DNA from: an uncultured Pelagibacteraceae bacterium
GTDB taxonomy: Bacteria; Pseudomonadota; Alphaproteobacteria; Pelagibacterales; Pelagibacteraceae
Direction: 5' to 3'
Assembly: GCA_902564785.1 (NCBI GenBank)
Contig: CACFCI010000002.1
Coordinates: forward strand, 12,121 to 76,120
DNA length: 64,000 bases
A model generated the notes under the pieces. It made no database searches. It was not told where the DNA came from and worked only from the letters and a program-made list of their open reading frames with translations. Numbering within the stretch: position 1 is the stretch's first letter; every line of letters begins with the position of its first letter. Shown here in pieces: positions 56,925 to 64,000 of this stretch. The position numbers and the translations under genes are program-made.

Positions 56925-57475
56925 TGTCTAAAGAAAATTATTTAAACAAGTTAAAAGAATTACCTCAGGACTTAAGACAATTTATAGGTTTAATTGTAAT
57001 AACATTAATCATCATTTTATCTTTTACTATTTTAAATGGAATGTTTGGACAAGGGGATGATCTTGTAAAAAGAATGAAATTAGAAGAAGAGAGAATTGCT
57101 GAAGAAAAAAAACTTAGTGAGCTTATTTCAAAACTTCCATCTGGAATTTTAGTCACCTTTGATGGAACCGATCATTATAAATTGACCGATGAGATATATG
57201 AAAAAGTTTGTAATGCTACAAAACTTATTCCACAACGTGCAATTATGGGTGCAAATTTTTTAAATCATAGAGCGCATGAGATTTATACTATAAATGGTAA
57301 CAAAATTGATGAAACGTTTGTAAAATGGGACCAAGAAAAAGGCAAATGTTTTGCAGGTTTTACTGTTAGTGGAAATAATGTTGGAGTGGACGAAAGTATA
57401 ACAGTAAGTGGTGAGGCATTAAGTTTTTTAAGTACAGGAATTGATACAAGAGTTTATTTTATTAAAAATTTTTAA
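56924..57475 (+). CDS. Hypothetical membrane-anchored protein
   Basis: One TM segment, a coiled-coil and a two-Cys extracytoplasmic domain; stop/start overlap with the MORN gene. Confidence 0.7.
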   Translation: MSKENYLNKLKELPQDLRQFIGLIVITLIIILSFTILNGMFGQGDDLVKRMKLEEERIAEEKKLSELISKLPSGILVTFDGTDHYKLTDEIYEKVCNATKLIPQRAIMGANFLNHRAHEIYTINGNKIDETFVKWDQEKGKCFAGFTVSGNNVGVDESITVSGEALSFLSTGIDTRVYFIKNF

Positions 57476-57537
57476 TGAGGAGGAATAATTATTACGATTT
57501 TAATTTATATAAATATCGTATAACTTTATAAAAATTT

Positions 57538-58566
57538 ATGTCTGATGCAGTAATTAAATGTGAGTCGGTTTATAAAATTTTTGGTGTAAATGCCCAAAAA
57601 ATGCTTCAAGAAGCAAACGGCAATGTAGACGCAAAAACTTTTCAAGAAAACGGGTGTATAGTTGGAGTGAATAATGCATCATTTGAAGTTGCAAAAGGAG
57701 AAATGCTGGTTGTTATGGGTTTATCTGGATCAGGCAAATCTACGTTACTAAGATGTATTTCTAGATTAACAGAGGCAACAGGTGGAAAAATTTTTATTGA
57801 AGGTCAGGATTTATTACAATTAAACAATAAAGAACTTATTGATCTTAGAAGAAATAAAATGGGCATGGTTTTTCAGAGTTTTGCATTACTCCCTCATAAA
57901 ACTGTTGTAGAAAATATTGCATTTCCACTTCAAATAAAGGGAATTAAAGTTGAGGAAAGTATTAGTAAAGCAATGGAGATGGTAAAGCTGGTTGGTCTTG
58001 GTGGAAGAGAAAATTATTTTCCAAGAGAACTATCTGGAGGACAGCAACAAAGGGTTGGTATTGCAAGATCTCTTGCTGTAGAGCCAGATATATGGTTTCT
58101 AGATGAACCATTTTCAGCACTAGATCCTTTAATCAGAAAAGAAATGCAGGATGAATTTTTAAGACTTCAAGAGCAATTAAAAAAAACAATCATGTTTATA
58201 ACCCATGATTTTGATGAAGCTTTGAAACTTGCTGATCGTATTGCAATAATGAAAGATGGTTTGATCGAACAATTAGATACGCCTGCTAAGATTGTTTTAA
58301 ATCCAGCAACAGAATATGTGAGAAAATTTACAGAGGAAGTACCAAGAGAAAAAGTTTTATTAATAGAAGATGTTATGGATAAATCCACTGATAGTGTTGG
58401 TGATTTAAAGGTTTCAAAAGATGAGGTTATAGAAAATGTAGCTGAAAAAATTCTTACCCAGGAAAAAACAGTTGGCGTTATCGATGATAAAAATAATTTA
58501 ATTGGTTCAATCAATCCCTCAAAAATAATTAATACAGTTTTTGGAGGAAGAAGAAACGGAAATTAA
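57538..58566 (+). CDS. tmoW: TMAO/betaine ABC transporter ATPase
   Basis: GLSGSGKS, LSGGQQQRV, LDEPFSALD; lies in the tmoX/tdm context. Confidence 0.82.
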   Translation: MSDAVIKCESVYKIFGVNAQKMLQEANGNVDAKTFQENGCIVGVNNASFEVAKGEMLVVMGLSGSGKSTLLRCISRLTEATGGKIFIEGQDLLQLNNKELIDLRRNKMGMVFQSFALLPHKTVVENIAFPLQIKGIKVEESISKAMEMVKLVGLGGRENYFPRELSGGQQQRVGIARSLAVEPDIWFLDEPFSALDPLIRKEMQDEFLRLQEQLKKTIMFITHDFDEALKLADRIAIMKDGLIEQLDTPAKIVLNPATEYVRKFTEEVPREKVLLIEDVMDKSTDSVGDLKVSKDEVIENVAEKILTQEKTVGVIDDKNNLIGSINPSKIINTVFGGRRNGN

Positions 58567-58568
58567 TT

Positions 58569-60722
58569 ATGGAAATTTTGAAAAAATATCCGAAATTATT
58601 TCAGTGGTTATTTTTACTACTTGTTTTTTTTGGTTTATGTTTTGCAATTGATGTTCCCGAAACATACAAATTTATAAGAGGTCAGGCAGAATTTGTTAAG
58701 GATCCAAATCAAAGTACATATATTTTTCTAGGTAAAGAAGTAAGGTATTACGCTTTTGATGTTTTTTGGAGGTTACCTCCTTTATTAGGATGGCTACCTA
58801 TTTGGATTAATGATTCATTATTTTTTTTAATGAATGAGTGGATGCCATTGGAGTTTTGGAATGAAGATACGCAAGAATTTAAAACTCGACCTTTATTATT
58901 AGAAGTAAGTAGAAAACTAACGTTCTTTATGACGTTTTTAATTGAATTGATAAGAGAAATTTTAATAGGAGGCATAAATACAATAGTTACATTTACAGGT
59001 TGGGACTGGATTAGTGATAATCCTTGGGCAGAATTACCTGGTTTACCATGGACTATTGTTACTGCAGGAGCAGTATTACTTAGCTATCATTTGAGTGGAA
59101 GAGGTCTTGCTTTATTTGCAGGTTTAACAATGATTTATATTTCCATTTTTGGTCAATGGAAGCCATCAATGCAAACTCTTTCTTTTATATTAGTTGCTGC
59201 TCCCTTGTCATTTATGTTTGGTTTAGGTTTGGGTATTGCAGCTTTTAAAAATAAACGTGTTGAGAAAGCATTGTATCCAATACTTTTAGTTATGCAAACT
59301 ATGCCACAATATGCAGTTTTAGTTCCTGCTATGGTTTTGTTTGGGGTCGGAGACCATGCCGCAGTAATCATAACTATGGTAGTTGCAATTCCACCAATGA
59401 TATTATTAACCATATTAGGTTTAAGAGCAGTTCCTCCAGAGGTTATAGAGGCAGGTAAAATGAGCGGATGCAATAATTGGCAACTAATGTTTAAAGTTTT
59501 AATTCCAACAGCAAGAAGAGATATTTTGATTGGAGTAAACCAAGTTATAATGGTTTGTTTTTCTATGGCAGTTATCTCAGCCTTTATAGCTGCAAAAGGT
59601 TTAGGGTATAATTTATTATTAGCATTAAATAGATTAGATATCGGTTTGGCCTTAGAAGCTGGATTGTGCATAAGTTTAATTGCAATACTTTTAGATAAAA
59701 TGTCATTAGCATGGGCCAATAAACAAGAGGATTATTTTGGTAACTTAACATTTATACAAAGAAATAAGAATATTTTATTTTTTGTTGGAACAGTAATTGT
59801 TGGAATTGTGCTTGCATACATAGGAACTTATTTGTTCAAAGGTACTCATAATTATTTATTTGAAGTTCCACATAACAAAGGTATCTCAACTGCTGATTTT
59901 TGGAATAGAGGAGTTGATTGGATCTTTGATACTTTTTTTGTGTATATAAAAGCATTTAATACATGGTTAATTCAAGACGTTCTTCAACCGATGAGAGCTT
60001 TGTATTTAAGAATGCCTGCTATAGCTACTATAGTTTTAGTTGTAGGAGCAGGATATTTAATAGGCGGAATTCGTTCAGCTTTAATTGTTTGTGGTTTAAC
60101 ATTATTTATAGCTTTAAGTCCTTGGTGGGATAGAGCTTTAGTTACAACTTACATGGCAACATTTGGAGTTATTGTGTCATGCACTATTGGTTTTATAGTT
60201 GGTACTTTAAGTTTTCAAAATAAACATACAGCAAGCTTTATGCTTGGAGTTTGTGATATTTTTCAAACATTCCCATCATTTGTTTATTTAATTCCTGTTA
60301 TGATGTTATTTGGAATAACAGATACATCTGTATTAATTGCTGTTATTGTCTATGCAACAATTCCTGCAACCAGATATACAATAGAGGGACTTAGAAGTGT
60401 TCCAGCAGGTCTACATGATGCAGCTACCATGTCAGGTGTTAATAAATTTCAGAGATTAACTAAAATAGAATTTCCGTTAGCCTTTCCACATATGATGCTC
60501 GGTATTAATCAAACCATAGTTTTTGCTTTATTTATGGTAATTATTGGAGCTTTTATAGGAACTGAGGATTTAGGACAGTATATTTTAAAAGCTCTATCCG
60601 ATAAAAATGGAGCTGGAATCGGACTCACTCTTGGTATCTGTGTTGCGTTTATTGCTTTAATATTTGATAATTTGATAAGAAGTTGGGTAGATAAAAGAAA
60701 AAAACATCTTGGCATAGCTTAG
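58569..60722 (+). CDS. tmoV: TMAO ABC transporter permease with two fused ProW-type domains
   Basis: Two permease repeats (MQTMPQY...EAGKMSG and FQTFPSF...DAATMSG). Confidence 0.82.
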   Translation: MEILKKYPKLFQWLFLLLVFFGLCFAIDVPETYKFIRGQAEFVKDPNQSTYIFLGKEVRYYAFDVFWRLPPLLGWLPIWINDSLFFLMNEWMPLEFWNEDTQEFKTRPLLLEVSRKLTFFMTFLIELIREILIGGINTIVTFTGWDWISDNPWAELPGLPWTIVTAGAVLLSYHLSGRGLALFAGLTMIYISIFGQWKPSMQTLSFILVAAPLSFMFGLGLGIAAFKNKRVEKALYPILLVMQTMPQYAVLVPAMVLFGVGDHAAVIITMVVAIPPMILLTILGLRAVPPEVIEAGKMSGCNNWQLMFKVLIPTARRDILIGVNQVIMVCFSMAVISAFIAAKGLGYNLLLALNRLDIGLALEAGLCISLIAILLDKMSLAWANKQEDYFGNLTFIQRNKNILFFVGTVIVGIVLAYIGTYLFKGTHNYLFEVPHNKGISTADFWNRGVDWIFDTFFVYIKAFNTWLIQDVLQPMRALYLRMPAIATIVLVVGAGYLIGGIRSALIVCGLTLFIALSPWWDRALVTTYMATFGVIVSCTIGFIVGTLSFQNKHTASFMLGVCDIFQTFPSFVYLIPVMMLFGITDTSVLIAVIVYATIPATRYTIEGLRSVPAGLHDAATMSGVNKFQRLTKIEFPLAFPHMMLGINQTIVFALFMVIIGAFIGTEDLGQYILKALSDKNGAGIGLTLGICVAFIALIFDNLIRSWVDKRKKHLGIA

Positions 60723-60726
60723 TATT

Positions 60727-62205
60727 TTGAAAAAATTTATTGTCTCCATTGATCAGGGAACGACCTCATCGAGAGCTGTTTTATTTGACACTAAAGGTAA
60801 CATTAAATTTATTTCACAATATGAATTTAAACAATACTTTCCTAGAAATGGCTGGGTTGAGCATAATCCAAATGAAATTTGGTCCACAACTATTAAAGCA
60901 TTAAAACAAGTAATTAAAACAGCTAAAAGTTTAAAAGGTCATATACTTACAATTGGAATTACGAATCAAAGAGAAACTACAATTTTGTGGAATAAAAAAA
61001 CTGGAAAACCTATTTATAATGCAATCGTTTGGCAAGATAGAAGAACTCAGGAATATTGTAAATCTATAAAGAATAAAAATTTTGAAAATACTTTTAGAAA
61101 AAAAACAGGATTATTTATAGATCCCTATTTTTCTGCCACTAAAATTAAATGGATTTTAGATAATGTAAAAGTTTCAAAAAAGTTAATAAAAACAAATAAT
61201 TTATTGTTTGGTACAGTAGACACTTTCTTAATCTGGAAATTAACCAAAGGTAAACAGCATTTAACTGAAGCAACCAATGCAAGCAGAACCATGTTGTTTA
61301 ACATTAATAACAATAAATGGGATAATGAAATTTTACAGAAATTAAAAATTCCAAGGAGCATCTTGCCAGAGGTAAAAAATTCTGCAGATAATTTTGGAAA
61401 AACAGATAAGAGAGTTACAGGAAAAGAAATATCAATTTCAGCCGTTTTAGGAGATCAACAAGCAGCTGCTGTAGGACAAGCTTGTTTTGAAAAAGGCTCT
61501 ATAAAAAGCACTTATGGTACCGGCGCTTTTATAATAATGAACACTGGGTCAAAAAAAATTAATTCAAAAAATAAATTATTAACTACAATTTGTTATAGAT
61601 TGAATAATAAAACTACCTACGCTCTTGAAGGATCTATTTTTATAGCAGGAGCGGGAGTACAATGGTTAAGGGATAAAATAAAATTAATAAATAATTCTTA
61701 TGAAACTGAAAAAATAGCTAAATCAACAAAAAGCAATAATGAAGTTTATGTTGTTCCTGCTTTTAGTGGAATAGGTGCACCTTATTGGAGACCTGATGCA
61801 AGAGGTTTAATAACAGGACTTACAAGAGATAGTGATTGGAAAACGTTAGTGAGAGCTACAGTTGAGTCAGTTGCTTACCAAAGTTATGATTTATTTTATT
61901 CAATGAAAAAAGATGGTTTAAAGCCTAGAATAATTAAAATTGATGGTGGTATGGTAGCTAATAATTGGTTTTCACAATTTTTGGCAGATGTAATTAATTT
62001 AAAAGTAATTAGACCGAAAGTCTTAGAAACTACCGCCCTTGGAGTCGCTTTGTTTGCAGGATATCAAGTAGGAGAATTCAAATCATTAAATCAGATAAAA
62101 AATACATGGAAAAAAGATAAAGCTTTTAAGCCAAAAATTAATAAAAAACTTAGAAATCATATATTGCATGGTTGGAAGCAAGCAATTAAAAAAACCTTAG
62201 CATAA
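60727..62205 (+). CDS. glpK: Glycerol kinase
   Basis: DQGTTSSR, ITNQRET, WQDRR, DPYFSATK, GDQQAA, TYGTG, GAPYW. Confidence 0.95.
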   Translation: MKKFIVSIDQGTTSSRAVLFDTKGNIKFISQYEFKQYFPRNGWVEHNPNEIWSTTIKALKQVIKTAKSLKGHILTIGITNQRETTILWNKKTGKPIYNAIVWQDRRTQEYCKSIKNKNFENTFRKKTGLFIDPYFSATKIKWILDNVKVSKKLIKTNNLLFGTVDTFLIWKLTKGKQHLTEATNASRTMLFNINNNKWDNEILQKLKIPRSILPEVKNSADNFGKTDKRVTGKEISISAVLGDQQAAAVGQACFEKGSIKSTYGTGAFIIMNTGSKKINSKNKLLTTICYRLNNKTTYALEGSIFIAGAGVQWLRDKIKLINNSYETEKIAKSTKSNNEVYVVPAFSGIGAPYWRPDARGLITGLTRDSDWKTLVRATVESVAYQSYDLFYSMKKDGLKPRIIKIDGGMVANNWFSQFLADVINLKVIRPKVLETTALGVALFAGYQVGEFKSLNQIKNTWKKDKAFKPKINKKLRNHILHGWKQAIKKTLA

Positions 62206-62212
62206 AGATAAA

Positions 62213-63169
62213 ATGAAAAAAATATTAATTGTTGGCGCGGGAGCTATGGGAGCTGCTTTTTCAATACCATTGTTAGATAATGGTCACTCTATTACTTTAA
62301 CCGAGCCATATAATTTTAAATTATTACAAAAATTGAGCTTAAAAAAAAAATTTCACCCACCATTAAATATAAATTTACCAAAAAAATTAAAAATAAATAA
62401 ATTCTCAAGTGAAGTTTTAAATCGCAAATGGGACTTAATTGTAATTGCTGTGAGTTCTATTGGAATAGACTTGATTGGAAAAAATCTTTCAAAAATCAAA
62501 AATAAATCACCTATTTTGGTATTAACAAAAGGTCTTAAATTAGATGGTGGAAATTTGATTTCAATGTCTAGCTTATTAAAAAAGTATAATAAAAATTTAA
62601 ATGTTTCAGTTTTGAAAGGCCCATGTTTAGCAAAAGAATTAGCTAGAAAAGTTAAAAGCTTCACTGTTGTTGCAAATAAAAATATAAATATTGCAAAAAA
62701 AATTGGAAAATTAATTTCAACAAATTATTATCAAACCGAATTTAGCAGTGATGTTAATGGTGTTGAATTTTTATCTGCTATAAAAAATATTTATTCAATG
62801 ATAATTGGAGCAGGACAATGGCATAATACATCATCAGCTTTATTTAGAAAATCAATTGAAGAAATGAAATATCTTGCGAATTATTTTAAAGGAAAAAAGC
62901 AAACTGTTTACGGTTTGGCAGGTTTGGGAGATTTATATGTAAGTGCACTGGGAGGAAGAAATAGTAAAATGGGAGAATATCTTGGAAAAGGTTATACTTT
63001 AACACAAGCAAAGAAAAAGTTTATGAAAAATGATACAGTAGAAGGTGCTGACTTAGCAATAGAAATTGCTCCTTTTGTATTAAAAAAAATTAATAAAAGT
63101 AAAGTTCCTTTAATGATCTCTTTATTAGAAGCAATTGTTAAAAATAAAAAATTAAAAATTAAATATTAA
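62213..63169 (+). CDS. gpsA: NAD(P)H-dependent glycerol-3-phosphate dehydrogenase family protein
   Basis: GAGAMG, TKG, KGPC, AIKN, GLAGLGDL, GRNS, VEG. Confidence 0.8.
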   Translation: MKKILIVGAGAMGAAFSIPLLDNGHSITLTEPYNFKLLQKLSLKKKFHPPLNINLPKKLKINKFSSEVLNRKWDLIVIAVSSIGIDLIGKNLSKIKNKSPILVLTKGLKLDGGNLISMSSLLKKYNKNLNVSVLKGPCLAKELARKVKSFTVVANKNINIAKKIGKLISTNYYQTEFSSDVNGVEFLSAIKNIYSMIIGAGQWHNTSSALFRKSIEEMKYLANYFKGKKQTVYGLAGLGDLYVSALGGRNSKMGEYLGKGYTLTQAKKKFMKNDTVEGADLAIEIAPFVLKKINKSKVPLMISLLEAIVKNKKLKIKY

Positions 63170-63173
63170 TTTT

Positions 63174-64000
63174 TTATTTATTTAAAAAAGTTTCCATAGA
63201 GTCATCCATTGCTTTTTCCCAAGGTGTGTGATGAATTGGTGCAACCGATCCAGTCACGGGAGATGAAAAAGATTTATTTCTATAAGTTAAAATATCCTCT
63301 ACTTTATGATGCTCCCATTCTTTAAAATGTTTTCTAATTAATTCAAAATCTATTTCAGGATAATCAGACATTTCATGAAGATCTTTGGTATATTCTGTTT
63401 GAAAATCAATCATTTGATCAGGATTTTCTAATTTTTCTTCCATTGAAACCCATTTATTTATGTCTTTATCTATTTCTTCATTACTAGGCATTTTTATTTT
63501 GCCCAATATCACATCTCTTGCGTACCAAGCTTGACAATCAAACATGTTAAAAGTGTGAAATTGATCCTGCATTCCTAAGTATAAAAGTTTATGATTATCT
63601 TGCCACACAACCCCTTTATAAAGCTTTGGTGGATACAATCTGTTATGGGTTTTTAATTTTAAACTTTCATCTAAAAACGGGAAATGATGGAGATATCCAG
63701 TACACAAGATGACTACATCAGCATCTTGTTCTGTTCCGTCTTTAAATATGGCTTTTTTTCCTTCTAACTTATCTAAGTAATGAACTTCTTTCATGCCTTT
63801 TGGCCACTTAAAACCCATTGGATTATGTCTGTAACCAATTGTTACACTTTTTGCGCCATATTTGTTACATTGCAGGGCTACATCTTCAGCGGAATAACTG
63901 CTTCCCAAAACAATCACATCTTTTCCTCTAAACTCTTCTGCATCTCTAAAATCATGTGAGTGCATTATTCTTCCTGGGAAAGAATTCATTCCTTTATATT
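63174..64000 (-). CDS. tmm: Trimethylamine monooxygenase (bacterial FMO), 5' end outside the window
   Basis: FMO motif FPGRIMHSHDF, NADPH motif GSSYSAED, CTGY, GMQDQFHTFNMFD; the frame stays open to base 64000. Confidence 0.88.
   Translation of the reverse strand, partial: YKGMNSFPGRIMHSHDFRDAEEFRGKDVIVLGSSYSAEDVALQCNKYGAKSVTIGYRHNPMGFKWPKGMKEVHYLDKLEGKKAIFKDGTEQDADVVILCTGYLHHFPFLDESLKLKTHNRLYPPKLYKGVVWQDNHKLLYLGMQDQFHTFNMFDCQAWYARDVILGKIKMPSNEEIDKDINKWVSMEEKLENPDQMIDFQTEYTKDLHEMSDYPEIDFELIRKHFKEWEHHKVEDILTYRNKSFSSPVTGSVAPIHHTPWEKAMDDSMETFLNK

Noticed and set aside
3224-62664. Many short alternative-frame or antisense ORFs in the track (e.g. 6875..7270, 23124..23693, 48202..48507, 59153..59719)
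   Set aside because: All lie inside well-supported genes, have no recognisable motifs, and are the expected shadows of codon bias.
63174-63989. tmm as a truncated 271-aa pseudogene
   Set aside because: The frame is open to the window edge, so the short length is a boundary artefact.
1-64000. CRISPR array, tRNA/rRNA, IS element, integrase or prophage
   Set aside because: I saw no regularly spaced repeats, no cloverleaf or rRNA-like stretches, and no transposase, integrase or virion genes; almost all sequence is accounted for by CDSs.

Overview
Very AT-rich, gene-dense bacterial DNA with short or overlapping intergenic spacers. Composition and gene content point to a streamlined marine alphaproteobacterium, most likely SAR11/Candidatus Pelagibacter (inference). 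Most of the window serves scavenging of methylated amines and osmolytes, in four blocks. (1) About 2.8-14 kb: a quaternary-amine cluster with a choline dehydrogenase-like GMC oxidoreductase, a PhnZ/TmpB-like HD oxygenase, a TauD-like and a BBOX/TmpA-like Fe/2-oxoglutarate dioxygenase, a carnitine dehydrogenase/BKACE/thioesterase module, a ProVWX-type ABC transporter and a GDPD. (2) About 14-32.7 kb: eutA/eutD-like ectoine genes, a Pot-type ABC transporter, agmatinase, aldehyde dehydrogenases, an NCS1 permease and an ArgE-like deacetylase. (3) About 32.7-42.7 kb: mostly housekeeping genes (csaA, acnA, bamB, zapE, photolyase) with a phage-like cupin inserted. (4) About 42.7-64 kb: a TMA/TMAO/methylamine supercluster (gmaS, divergent amt, mgsABC, a second GS-like ligase, an FAD oxidoreductase, tdm, tmoXWV, partial tmm). 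The best candidates for undescribed biochemistry are a possible gamma-glutamylation route for dimethylamine between tdm and mgsABC, a funnel that strips P or S from quaternary amines to give glycine betaine, a ureohydrolase lacking its guanidinium-binding residues, and an ectoine pathway without eutE. I saw no rRNA, tRNA, CRISPR array or IS element. All functional calls come from motif recognition by eye; no database searches were run.
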